A stretch of 64,000 bases of DNA from positions 21,534 to 85,533 of the forward strand of contig CAVBPN010000129.1 of assembly GCA_963597235.1 (NCBI GenBank), read 5' to 3'. This stretch comes from a bacterium. Lineage in GTDB: Bacteria; Bacillota; Clostridia; Lachnospirales; Lachnospiraceae. This document shows, piece after piece, positions 46,507 through 55,793 of this stretch; within the stretch, counting starts at the first letter, position 1; every line of letters begins with the position of its first letter. The notes under the pieces are model-generated. The model was not told where the DNA came from. It did not search any database and saw only the letters and a program-made list of their open reading frames with translations. Position numbers and translations under genes: made by a program.

Positions 46507-47376
46507 TTAACTATTTTTACTTTTCTCGTCTTTTGGTGTTTTTCCGACATGTTTTTTATATAACCGGTAAAAATTAGAGATATTATTAAATCCACATTCC
46601 ATCGCAATATCGGTCACATTCAGTTTACCTTCTCTCAGCAGTTCCCTTGCATGATTAATACGCATTCTGGTCACATAATCGCTGAAACTGATATTCGTGA
46701 CCTTTCGAAAATAGGAAGAAAAATAATTCGAACTCATATATACCGATGCAGCCACATCTTCCAGTGTAATTTTCTCGCAATAATGTGTATCAATGTAAGC
46801 AAACGCCTGCTCCAGGCGCTTCATGGCCGTCTTCTTTTCTTTCAGCATTTCATCCGATTTTGATTCATCCTGATAAGTCCGGATCAGCATAGTCAGAATG
46901 CGGAGAACATTAGCCTTGATCATCAGCTGATAGCCCTCTTTACGTCCCTGCCATTCTTTATAAATTTCCTGAATACCGGAACGGATTTCCGGATTAATCT
47001 CATCTTCTCTTCCAATACGGTTCTTGAAATTACTTCCACGCTCTACAAAAGGCTTCAGATATCTGGTATCAAAAACACTGATCTTCTCTGCCACAAATTC
47101 CGGAGAGAAAATCATTACGAGTAGTTTCATGTCATCCCCGATCAGATTCCATCCATGAGGCTCTACATTATTAAAGATGATCACATCATCCTTTTCCATC
47201 GTATATTCCTGTCCATTAACGAAGTAACTCCCCTTACCTTCCAGTACACATGTAATTTCAAAATAACTGTGCCAGTGCCAGGTTCCCGGCTTACTGTTCT
47301 CCGGTGTCAGTCGCACCTCTGCAATCTGAAAAGGGAACTCTTTATCAAGTGGAATATTGTCTCGTTCAAGTCTCAT
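46507..47376 (-). CDS. AraC family transcriptional regulator (cupin sensor + HTH)
   Basis: The start is set at the ATG at 47376 after AGGAGG. Cupin-like N-terminus (WHWHSYFEI) and AraC C-terminus (ECGFNNISNFYRLYKKHVGKTP). Confidence 0.9.
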   Translation of the reverse strand: MRLERDNIPLDKEFPFQIAEVRLTPENSKPGTWHWHSYFEITCVLEGKGSYFVNGQEYTMEKDDVIIFNNVEPHGWNLIGDDMKLLVMIFSPEFVAEKISVFDTRYLKPFVERGSNFKNRIGREDEINPEIRSGIQEIYKEWQGRKEGYQLMIKANVLRILTMLIRTYQDESKSDEMLKEKKTAMKRLEQAFAYIDTHYCEKITLEDVAASVYMSSNYFSSYFRKVTNISFSDYVTRMRINHARELLREGKLNVTDIAMECGFNNISNFYRLYKKHVGKTPKDEKSKNS

Positions 47377-47507
47377 GCTCTGCCTCCTGTCTCCGCATAC
47401 AGATGACATATCTTTTTATCTGCCCTGCAATACAGACAGTATAGCAGATTTCATTTTGGTTCGCAAACCAGCTTCGACGCTCTAGAAAAAGCTCTGTCTG
47501 TTTACCG

Positions 47508-47547
47508 GCAAAAAGAAGCCGCCAGGTCGTGACATTACCTGACGGCT
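47508..47547 (-). terminator. Intrinsic terminator after the 942-aa methyltransferase gene
   Basis: On the minus strand GCCGTCAGGT...ACCTGGCGGC forms a 10-bp stem with one G-U pair, followed by TTCTTTTTGCC. Confidence 0.65.
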
Positions 47548-47591
47548 CCCGTTTATTTGAATTTGGGATTCAACGTATTAATATAAGATTT

Positions 47592-50420
47592 TTATCTGCC
47601 AAGAGATTCTACATAAGTTCCTTTTACATCGCTCCAGTTCTTATCTGCATAATCAAGAAGATATGCAGCCTGCTCCAGAGACATTTCCGGGAACAGAAGG
47701 AATAAGCTGTGAGAACCATATTTCTTAACAATACGGTCTACATTCTTGATCCAGTCTTCGAACTCTCCTGAGTAAACTTTTACCCAGATGGATTTTCCTG
47801 CTGCAATTGCTTTGTCGTAGATCACATCCCAGTCCGGAAGTGTTCCGTCCGGGCCTGCATCTCCACTTGTCCACTGCAGAGCGTCAATTCCATCAATTTC
47901 CATCAGTGCATCCATGTGTTTGATCGCAGCCGGTCCATCAAGATGATACAGGACATGGTCTACTTTTTCACTCTGTTCACGTAAGGATGGCTGAATGTAT
48001 TTTCTGAAGTCTTCCGGTGACATCATTGCAGAGAAGTCGCACTGTAATTTTACAGTTCTTCCAGGTCCCCAGATCTGGAATACAGTGTAAGCATTTCCAC
48101 CTTCTTCGTCTTTGATGATATCATAGAAGCGGTCATAGTATTCATAGTAAACATCCGTTACTTCCTGGATTCTCTCACCAATCATATCCGGCTCATCCAG
48201 CAGGTCAAACAGGATATCCTGTGCACCGCGGAGGGAAGCAAGTACGTCGATGTTTTCCATAAGGTCAGGCATATCTACAACAAAATCGTCTCCTGCCAGT
48301 TCCTTACAGTCTTTTGCAAGCTGAATGTGTTTTTTGAACCATTTGTTTTCCGAGTCAAAAGTAAGTTTCGGTACACCTTCCCAGCTGTCCAGGCATTTGT
48401 TGAACCATACAGTATCTTCTTTAAATCCGATCTCAGATCCGAGGTAAGATGCTACAGATCCAGGACCAAAGTCGATGTTCAGGTTCGGGAAACTCTCTCC
48501 AAGGAATGCATGTGTATCACAGAAGTAACGATAACGATCTACGATTCTCTGTGCATTCTGGTATTTGTCTTCCATGTCTTTCCATTTCAGTTCTTCCGGC
48601 ATGTTGTAATATTTACCCTGGCAGATCTGATCCAGATAGCCACCCTCAACAGGTGTTCCATCTGAGTACTGCTCTACTTCCGGTCTTCTGGCGATAACAC
48701 ACATCAGCGGTCTTCCGGTGTTTTTGTGCTGCCAGTAATTAGTAAATTTTTCTTTGGTTGTTTCCCAGTTAAGCTTGTAGCCTTCTCCCGGTTTCGGAAG
48801 CTGAATCTTGCTTAAATCTACGGAACCTTTTTCAAATTTAGGTGTTTCAGAAACTTTTTCTTCTGCCTTTGGAGCTTCTTCTTTAATTTCTTCCTGTACC
48901 GGTTCTGCACCTTCTACCGGAAGATCATCAAATTCACCGGCGGCTGCTTTTGCACAGAATCCAGATTCAGCATATTTTTTAGCCTGCTCTGCTGCGGAAG
49001 CTGCATCTTCTGTATAAGCATCTGCACCGATTTCATCAGCAAATTCCTGGCTGATCGGAGCACCACCAACCATGATCTTAATACGATTACGGAATGGCTG
49101 TTTCAGAAGTGCTGCAACTGTATCTCTCAGAGACGGCATTGTTGTTGTAAGAAGTGCTGAAAGAGCTACAATACTTGCTTCTTTATGTGCATTTACTTCA
49201 TCAATGAATGTCTGAATCGGTACATCAACACCAAGGTCGATAACTTCGAATCCGGCACTCTCAAACATCATACCGACAAGGTTTTTACCGATATCGTGAA
49301 GGTCACCTGCTACAGTACCAAGGATAATGGTTCCTGCGCTTCCTGCTTCACCTGTTGCAAGATATGGTTTCAGGACATCCACGCCGACTTTCATAGCACG
49401 TGCTGCTGCAAGCATCTGTGGAACGAAGATGATCTCTTTCTTGAAGTTATCACCTACGACAGCCATAGCTCCGATCATTGCGTCATTTAAGATAGCAGTC
49501 GGGTCACAGCCTGCATCAAGTGCTTCCTGAACAGCCTGTCCGATTTCTTTATTCTTTCCATCCTGAGTTAATTTAAATACTTTCTGCATCTTCTCATCGA
49601 GTGGAGAAGCCGGTGCAGGCTGTACTTCTTCAGCGGCTTTATTTCCAAATTTATCAATATACTGCAGGCAGTATTCATCACGCTCTAACAGTGCATTTGT
49701 TGCATAGATCATACCGATCATGTTCTTATTGGTCGGGTCAACGATTGCACTGTCCATACCAGCATTCATAGCCAGTACCATAAATGCCTGGTTGATATTT
49801 TTTCTGGCAGGCAGACCGAAAGAAATATTAGAAAGTCCACTTGTGATGTGGATTTCCGGATATTCGGATTTGATTCTTCTACAGCAGTCTGCAAATACAG
49901 TCAATGCAGTCTGATCTGTTCCCAAAGTTACAACCAGTGGGTCAATGTGTAAACGGCTTGGTGCAATGCCGTACTGTTTTGCTTTTTCCATAATTCCGAA
50001 GAAAATCTTCATACGGCGTTCTACGGAATCCGGGATACCATCGTTATCGCACAGAAGTGCTACGCATTCCCAGTCTGTGTCCGCAATTACCGGGAAAATG
50101 GTATCAATTTTATCACCTTCAAGAGATACAGAGTTGATAAGACCTGGTCTCTTGCAGAATGGGATTGCTGCTACACAGGATTTCGCACTCGGGCTGTCTA
50201 CACAGATCGGTGTATCAGTCACTTCCTGTACAAGATCAATCATCCATTTCAGTGTTTCTACTTCTACGTCCTCTTCTACAGACGCACATACATCCAGAAA
50301 TGTGGCACCCGCTTCTGCCTGCATTCTGGCTCTTTCTCTGATCAGGTCCGCGTCCCTCTCAGCGATTGCCTTGGCAACTGACGGAATGGATCCGTTCAGT
50401 TTTTCTCCTATTATAATCAT
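47592..50420 (-). CDS. Tri-domain corrinoid-dependent methyltransferase: pterin-binding (methyl-THF) domain + B12-binding domain + ~395-aa C-terminal domain (URO-D-like?)
   Basis: Uninterrupted 942-aa ORF. aa 1-265 carry IIGEKLNG, FLDVCAS, LINSVSLEG, HIDPLV and GLSNISFGLP. aa 275-495 carry GDLHDIGKN (nt 49284-49307), SALLTTT and MVGGAP. An acidic linker follows, then the C-terminal domain (nt 47595-48776). Confidence 0.8.
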   Translation of the reverse strand: MIIIGEKLNGSIPSVAKAIAERDADLIRERARMQAEAGATFLDVCASVEEDVEVETLKWMIDLVQEVTDTPICVDSPSAKSCVAAIPFCKRPGLINSVSLEGDKIDTIFPVIADTDWECVALLCDNDGIPDSVERRMKIFFGIMEKAKQYGIAPSRLHIDPLVVTLGTDQTALTVFADCCRRIKSEYPEIHITSGLSNISFGLPARKNINQAFMVLAMNAGMDSAIVDPTNKNMIGMIYATNALLERDEYCLQYIDKFGNKAAEEVQPAPASPLDEKMQKVFKLTQDGKNKEIGQAVQEALDAGCDPTAILNDAMIGAMAVVGDNFKKEIIFVPQMLAAARAMKVGVDVLKPYLATGEAGSAGTIILGTVAGDLHDIGKNLVGMMFESAGFEVIDLGVDVPIQTFIDEVNAHKEASIVALSALLTTTMPSLRDTVAALLKQPFRNRIKIMVGGAPISQEFADEIGADAYTEDAASAAEQAKKYAESGFCAKAAAGEFDDLPVEGAEPVQEEIKEEAPKAEEKVSETPKFEKGSVDLSKIQLPKPGEGYKLNWETTKEKFTNYWQHKNTGRPLMCVIARRPEVEQYSDGTPVEGGYLDQICQGKYYNMPEELKWKDMEDKYQNAQRIVDRYRYFCDTHAFLGESFPNLNIDFGPGSVASYLGSEIGFKEDTVWFNKCLDSWEGVPKLTFDSENKWFKKHIQLAKDCKELAGDDFVVDMPDLMENIDVLASLRGAQDILFDLLDEPDMIGERIQEVTDVYYEYYDRFYDIIKDEEGGNAYTVFQIWGPGRTVKLQCDFSAMMSPEDFRKYIQPSLREQSEKVDHVLYHLDGPAAIKHMDALMEIDGIDALQWTSGDAGPDGTLPDWDVIYDKAIAAGKSIWVKVYSGEFEDWIKNVDRIVKKYGSHSLFLLFPEMSLEQAAYLLDYADKNWSDVKGTYVESLGR

Positions 50421-50657
50421 TTCGTTCCCTCCTGCTTATAGCAACAACTATAATTTTTGCTTTTCCTCCGATAAGTTTTTTCCGCAAAATCCTTATCTGT
50501 TAATGCTATTCTATATCAAAGAAGAGTAGATCTGCGTCTGTTATTTTCCGATTCGTATATACTATCTTACTGTGATTTTATATTTTGTTACATCCATTCT
50601 CTCTATATATTGTATTTCATTCTTTGCAATGCTATATTGACTGTAAGAAAAAATCAT

Positions 50658-50678
50658 CCGGAATTTCAAAAATTCCGG
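50658..50678. promoter_or_regulatory. 21-bp palindrome CCGGAATTT-CAA-AAATTCCGG just upstream of the RACo-like gene
   Basis: 9-bp perfect arms ending 18 nt before the ATG at 50696. Confidence 0.5.
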
Positions 50679-50695
50679 CAGAAGGGATTCTTCAA

Positions 50696-52156
50696 ATGAA
50701 CACATATCGCATCACAATTTTGCCAGATCAGCAGGTCATCCAGGCCAATGAAGGCGAAAATCTGCTTCAGGTCCTGCAGAAAAACAAGCTGGCTCCGGAT
50801 GCCCCCTGCGGCGGTAATGGAACCTGCGGCAAATGTACAGTTTATATCGATGAAAAAAAGGCGCTTGCTTGTCAGACAGTAATTCACCGTAACATGTCTG
50901 TACGTATCCCTGAAAAAAATAAGCTCCAGATACTGACTCATGGAATTACTGAAAAAATTCAGCCTGATGGCCGCGACCATTATGTACTGGCATATGATAT
51001 CGGAACCACAACGGTTGTCTGTTATCTCCTGGATGGTACCTCCGGCAGGGAACTTGCTGAAGAAAGTATACTAAATCCTCAAACTTCATACGGTGCTGAT
51101 GTGATTTCCAGAATCAAATATGTTCTGCGTAACAAAACTTCTGAACTTCAGGACTGTATCCGTCATACACTTTCAGAACTTGCTGATATTGTATCCGCCA
51201 GAGCAGGGATTTCTCCGACTGAGATCACACTTGCCTGTATCGTAGGCAACACCGCCATGCATCATCTTTTTCTCGGGATCGATCCTGCACCGCTGACCGT
51301 ACCGCCTTATATGCCAAAGGTATCCAATGCACTGGAGATTCCTGCCGCCCCGCTGCTTTCTATTCATCCTGAAGGAAAACTACGGATTCTTCCAAATATT
51401 GCAGGCTTTGTCGGTGCAGATACAGTAGCATGTATGATTTCTACTCATTTCGACCAGCTCAATGAACTGACACTTATGATCGATATTGGAACAAATGGAG
51501 AAATGGTTCTTGGCTATCAACATCGCAGAATTGCCTGTTCCACTGCTGCCGGTCCGGCTTTTGAAGGTGCAAAGATTTCCTGTGGTATGCGCGGAGTCAC
51601 AGGTGCTGTCGATCACGTTTCCGTAAAAAATGGAAACATCTGCTTTCACACCATCGGCGATACAGAACCTGAAGGACTTTGTGGATCCGGACTATTAGAC
51701 CTGACTGCAGCTCTTCTGGATACCGGATTTCTAAGCGAAGCCGGACTGATGCAAAAACACGAATATCAGCTTGGTACTTCTTCTGTCTCCTTGACACAAA
51801 AAGATATTTCTGAGATTCAGTTTGCCAAATCTGCAATCCGCTCCGGCATTGAACTTCTCGTCAGACAAATGCAGGTATCTGTCAGTGACATCCGTAAAGT
51901 TTATCTTGCCGGAGCTTTTGGAAACTATCTGACTCCAGCTTCTGCCTGTCGGATTGGTATGATTCCGCCTGTACTGCTCGACCGCATAGAAGCTGTCGGA
52001 AACGCCGCCGGAGAAGGTGCAAAGCTTTGTGCCCTGAACCGACGAGAATTTGCTTACAGCCAAATGCTTGCTGCAAAAACAGAATTTCTGGAACTAGCAT
52101 CCTGTCCGGAATTTCAGGACTGCTATATTGATCATTTAATGTTTGAGGGAGAATAG
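50696..52156 (+). CDS. Corrinoid reductive activator (RACo/AcsV-like: 2Fe-2S ferredoxin + ASKHA ATPase, DUF4445)
   Basis: The start is set at the ATG at 50696 after GAAGGGA. PCGGNGTCGKCTV...ACQT is a plant-type 2Fe-2S motif. DIGTTTVV and DIGTNGE are ASKHA phosphate motifs. Confidence 0.8.
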   Translation: MNTYRITILPDQQVIQANEGENLLQVLQKNKLAPDAPCGGNGTCGKCTVYIDEKKALACQTVIHRNMSVRIPEKNKLQILTHGITEKIQPDGRDHYVLAYDIGTTTVVCYLLDGTSGRELAEESILNPQTSYGADVISRIKYVLRNKTSELQDCIRHTLSELADIVSARAGISPTEITLACIVGNTAMHHLFLGIDPAPLTVPPYMPKVSNALEIPAAPLLSIHPEGKLRILPNIAGFVGADTVACMISTHFDQLNELTLMIDIGTNGEMVLGYQHRRIACSTAAGPAFEGAKISCGMRGVTGAVDHVSVKNGNICFHTIGDTEPEGLCGSGLLDLTAALLDTGFLSEAGLMQKHEYQLGTSSVSLTQKDISEIQFAKSAIRSGIELLVRQMQVSVSDIRKVYLAGAFGNYLTPASACRIGMIPPVLLDRIEAVGNAAGEGAKLCALNRREFAYSQMLAAKTEFLELASCPEFQDCYIDHLMFEGE

Positions 52157-52161
52157 CCGAT

Positions 52162-52707
52162 ATGAATTACAAAGAACTGAGAGAACTTGCGCTGAATACA
52201 GGCTTTACCCATACAGTGCCACTGGATATCTCGACGATTGAACTGAAACAGGAAGTCCGCGATATGTGTAAGCAGGGATGTCAGCAATACGCAAAACGCT
52301 GGAGCTGCCCTCCCGGATGTGGCTCCCTGGAACAGCTCCGTTCAGACATTTTGCAGTACCAAGGGGGAATTCTCGTCCAGACGACAGCAAAACTGGAAGA
52401 TTCCTTTGACTGGGATGGCATGATGAAAACACAGTCACAGCATCAGGAGAACTTTGTCCGATTTGTCGAGAAACTTCACAGCTCTGATGCCCATTTTCTG
52501 CCTCTCGGTACCGGTTGCTGCATAATCTGTGAAAGCTGTTCCTACCCGGACTCCCCCTGCCGCTTTCCTCAGAAAAAAATCTCCTCTATGGAAGCCTGCG
52601 GCATGCTTGTTTCAGAAGTCTGTCAGAAAAATGATCTGAAATATTATTATGGTCCAAACACGATATCCTATGTAGCAGGCGTACTTTTTACGGATTTTTC
52701 ATTATAA
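52162..52707 (+). CDS. DUF2284 family Cys-rich metal-binding protein
   Basis: 181 aa. CKQGCQQYAKRWSCPPGC and CCIICESCSYPDSPC match my recollection of DUF2284 proteins, which accompany corrinoid methyltransferase loci. Confidence 0.65.
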   Translation: MNYKELRELALNTGFTHTVPLDISTIELKQEVRDMCKQGCQQYAKRWSCPPGCGSLEQLRSDILQYQGGILVQTTAKLEDSFDWDGMMKTQSQHQENFVRFVEKLHSSDAHFLPLGTGCCIICESCSYPDSPCRFPQKKISSMEACGMLVSEVCQKNDLKYYYGPNTISYVAGVLFTDFSL

Positions 52708-52778
52708 AGTCCAGGCAGTATCCTGTGTTTTTTCTATAGGACAAATCCTTTAATATGGTAAAATATTAAATTTTTTCA

Positions 52779-52807
52779 TTGACAGTGCATTTTCCCGATG
52801 ATAGAAT
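52779..52807 (+). promoter_or_regulatory. Near-consensus sigma-A promoter for the amino-acid ABC operon
   Basis: TTGACA (52779-52784), a 17-nt spacer, then TAGAAT (52802-52807). Confidence 0.6.
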
Positions 52808-52888
52808 TGAAAAAAGTGACGAAGGCGTCAGTTTTTTTGTAAACTGCGCCTTTTTTCATTATTAAATCGAAAAAGGAGAGCTTCTATC

Positions 52889-53737
52889 ATGAAAAAGATG
52901 TGTTATTTATTAACTATGGGATTACTCGCAGGAAGCCTTACCGTTCCTGTATTTGCTGCTTCTGATGCTGATTCTGCAACTGATAAGAAATGGGTTATCG
53001 CTACCGATACTGTATTTAAGCCGTTCGAATACACAGACGACGACGGAAACTTCGTAGGAATTGACGTAGATGTTCTTGATGCTATCGCAAAAGACCAGGG
53101 ATTCGAATACGAACTGAAGAGCCTTGGATGGGACGCTTCTATCGCTGCATGCCAGGCCGGACAGGCTGATGGTATGATCGCCGGTGCATCTATCACAGAT
53201 GAAAGAAAAGACAGCGGCTGGCTGTTCTCTGACGGATATTACACCGCTACACAGTCCATGACTGTACAGAAAGATTCCGATATCAAGGGATTTGACGATC
53301 TGAAAGGTAAGACTGTAGGTGTTAAGACCGGTACTCAGGGTGCTACCTATGCAGAGAGCCTGAAAGACGAATATGGATTCAACATCACCTATTATGAAGA
53401 TTCACCGACAATGTATCAGGCAGTTCTTGGCGGACAGGTCGTGTCCTGCTTCGAAGATACACCGATCATGGCATCCTCTATCAAAGACGGAGATCTTGCA
53501 CTCCAGATTCTGGAAGACACTGCAAACGAAGGATCTCCTTACGGATTTGCAGTTTTTGATGCTGACAATCAGGAACTTCTTGATCTGTTCAACACCGGTC
53601 TGAAAGATATCAAAGAAAGCGGCGAATACAACGAGATCATCGCTAAATACCTTGGCGAAGATGCTGTTCCGACCGAAGAAGCTGAGGCTGACGCTGATGC
53701 AACAGAAACACCTGCCGCTGAAGAAGCTGCTGAATAA
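52889..53737 (+). CDS. Amino acid ABC transporter substrate-binding protein (family 3)
   Basis: Has a signal peptide. KWVIATDTVFKPFEY...GIDVDVLDAIAK...W...AGQADGMIAGASIT fits this family. Confidence 0.85.
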   Translation: MKKMCYLLTMGLLAGSLTVPVFAASDADSATDKKWVIATDTVFKPFEYTDDDGNFVGIDVDVLDAIAKDQGFEYELKSLGWDASIAACQAGQADGMIAGASITDERKDSGWLFSDGYYTATQSMTVQKDSDIKGFDDLKGKTVGVKTGTQGATYAESLKDEYGFNITYYEDSPTMYQAVLGGQVVSCFEDTPIMASSIKDGDLALQILEDTANEGSPYGFAVFDADNQELLDLFNTGLKDIKESGEYNEIIAKYLGEDAVPTEEAEADADATETPAAEEAAE

Positions 53738-53837
53738 TTTTAAAGCTCAGTTCTTATCAGACATACCACTTAAAACACTACACGAATCTCAGAGCTGCTG
53801 CATTTTGTGGCAGCTTTGCTTTTGAAAGGAGTTTTCC

Positions 53838-54509
53838 ATGATCCAGATTATAACCAGATATGGAAATCTGCTGCTTCTTGCTATGGGGCAGACCCTGCTG
53901 CTTGCATTGTGCGGTCTGTTTTTTGCCTGTATTCTGGGTATGTTTTTTGGTCTCTTAAGTGTACTGAAAAACAAAGCATGCAGAATCATATCTTCTATTT
54001 TTGTTGACGTGATCCGTGGTGTCCCGATGATCGTTCTCGCATATTTTATCTATTTTGGTGTTCCGTATTGCCTGAACAACATGATGGGATTCAGCTTCAC
54101 ACTTACTGCACTCCAGGCCGGTACTGTCTGCCTTGCCCTTAACTGTGGTGCTTATATGGCAGAGATCATCCGCGCAGGTATCCTGTCCGTAGATCCTGGC
54201 CAGATGGAAGCCGCAAGAAGCCTTGGCCTTCCATATTCCCGTGCCATGATCCGTGTTGTCCTTCCACAGGCAATCCGAACTATGATCCCGAGTATCATCA
54301 ACCAGTTCATCATTACCCTGAAAGATACCTCTATTCTTTCTGTTATCGGTTTCCCGGAACTGGTGAATACCGCAAAGAACGTTGTTGCAAACTCCTTCAT
54401 GTCCTTCCAGACATGGGGTATTGTTGCAATTATGTATCTGATCGTAATCACGATCTTATCCAAAGTAGCCAAAATCGTAGAAAGGAGACTGAACCGTGGC
54501 CGTAAATAA
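53838..54509 (+). CDS. Amino acid ABC transporter permease (His/Glu/Gln/Arg/opine family)
   Basis: 223 aa with [28 protein letters not shown] as the EAA loop. Confidence 0.9.
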   Translation: MIQIITRYGNLLLLAMGQTLLLALCGLFFACILGMFFGLLSVLKNKACRIISSIFVDVIRGVPMIVLAYFIYFGVPYCLNNMMGFSFTLTALQAGTVCLALNCGAYMAEIIRAGILSVDPGQMEAARSLGLPYSRAMIRVVLPQAIRTMIPSIINQFIITLKDTSILSVIGFPELVNTAKNVVANSFMSFQTWGIVAIMYLIVITILSKVAKIVERRLNRGRK

Positions 54510-55242
54510 AGAGAATGTCAAAATTCATGTATCACATCTGAAAAAGAGCTTCGGTACGCTGGAAGTATTAAAAGATATCTCCACCGACATTCACGAAGGC
54601 GAAGTAGTCGTTATCATCGGACCTTCCGGAAGCGGTAAATCTACTTTCCTGCGCTGCATGAACAAACTTGAGGAAATTACCGCTGGTGAAGTGATCGTAG
54701 ATGGACACAATCTTACAGACAAACATATTGATATCAATAAAGTCCGTGAAAATGTAGGAATGGTATTCCAGCATTTCAATCTTTTCCCGCATATGAATGT
54801 CACACAGAACCTTATGCTTGCACCTGTGGAACTGAAAAAAGCTACCAAGGATGAAGCCAGACAGCGCGCCATCCACATGCTGGAAAAAGTCGGCATGGCC
54901 GACAAAGCTGACACATATCCAGAGCAGCTTTCCGGTGGGCAGAAGCAGCGTGTAGCGATCGCACGTGCCCTCTGCATGACTCCTGATATCATGCTTTTTG
55001 ATGAGCCAACCAGTGCTCTTGACCCGGAAATGGTCGGTGAAGTCCTGCAGGTTATGAAACAGCTTGCTGCCGATGGTATGACAATGGTTATTGTTACTCA
55101 TGAAATGGGCTTCGCCCGTGAGGTTGCCGATCGTGTGATCTTTATGGACGGAGGATACATCGTAGAAGAAGGAACCCCACAGGAGGTACTCCTGAACCCA
55201 AAAGAACCACGAACCATTGATTTCCTGAATAAAGTACTGTAA
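54496..55242 (+). CDS. Amino acid ABC transporter ATP-binding protein
   Basis: The GTG start follows AAAGGAG. Walker [10 protein letters not shown], signature LSGGQKQR and Walker [13 protein letters not shown]. Confidence 0.9.
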   Translation: MAVNKENVKIHVSHLKKSFGTLEVLKDISTDIHEGEVVVIIGPSGSGKSTFLRCMNKLEEITAGEVIVDGHNLTDKHIDINKVRENVGMVFQHFNLFPHMNVTQNLMLAPVELKKATKDEARQRAIHMLEKVGMADKADTYPEQLSGGQKQRVAIARALCMTPDIMLFDEPTSALDPEMVGEVLQVMKQLAADGMTMVIVTHEMGFAREVADRVIFMDGGYIVEEGTPQEVLLNPKEPRTIDFLNKVL

Positions 55243-55254
55243 ATAAAGATAAGT

Positions 55255-55290
55255 TCAGCCGCTGCATTCGCAGCGGCTGATTTTTATTTT
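55255..55290. terminator. Bidirectional intrinsic terminator
   Basis: TCAGCCGCTGC-ATTC-GCAGCGGCTGA followed by TTTTTATTTT, between convergent genes. Confidence 0.8.
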
Positions 55291-55300
55291 GTTCAGTTAA

Positions 55301-55675
55301 TTACATTTTCTCCGGTACGATCTCCAGCCAGTATCCATCTGGATCATTGATAAAATAAATACCCATTGCAGGATTCTCGAAGCAGATGCAGCCCATTTCT
55401 TTGTGTTTCTTATGGGATGCTTCCATATCATCTGTCGTAAATGCAAGGTGAATCTCGTTGTCTCCAAGATCGTAGTGATCTTTTTCCCAGTCTCTCAGCC
55501 AGGTAAGCTCCAGCTCAAATCCGGTCTTGCCATCTCCAAGATATGCAAGGATAAAACTTCCATCCTCGGCTTCTTTACGTCTTACTTCTTTGAGACCAAG
55601 AGCCTCTTCATAAAATTTGATGGACTTATTCAGGTCCATAACATTGTAGTTGTAATGTGCAAACTGAAAATTCAT
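55301..55675 (-). CDS. VOC family protein, glyoxalase I-like (lactoylglutathione lyase type)
   Basis: 124 aa. HYNYNVMDLNKSIKFYEEALGL...ELELTW...HLAF...DPDGYWLEIV fits the family. Confidence 0.8.
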   Translation of the reverse strand: MNFQFAHYNYNVMDLNKSIKFYEEALGLKEVRRKEAEDGSFILAYLGDGKTGFELELTWLRDWEKDHYDLGDNEIHLAFTTDDMEASHKKHKEMGCICFENPAMGIYFINDPDGYWLEIVPEKM

Positions 55676-55793
55676 GTCGGTATTCTCCTTTTCTTTCTAT
55701 AAGAAATAGCCGCCCTGCTCTCTGGTAAAGTTTAGGAACGGCTATCTCATTAAGCACATTATATTCTATTGTTTTCTTTTTTGCAAGAATACT

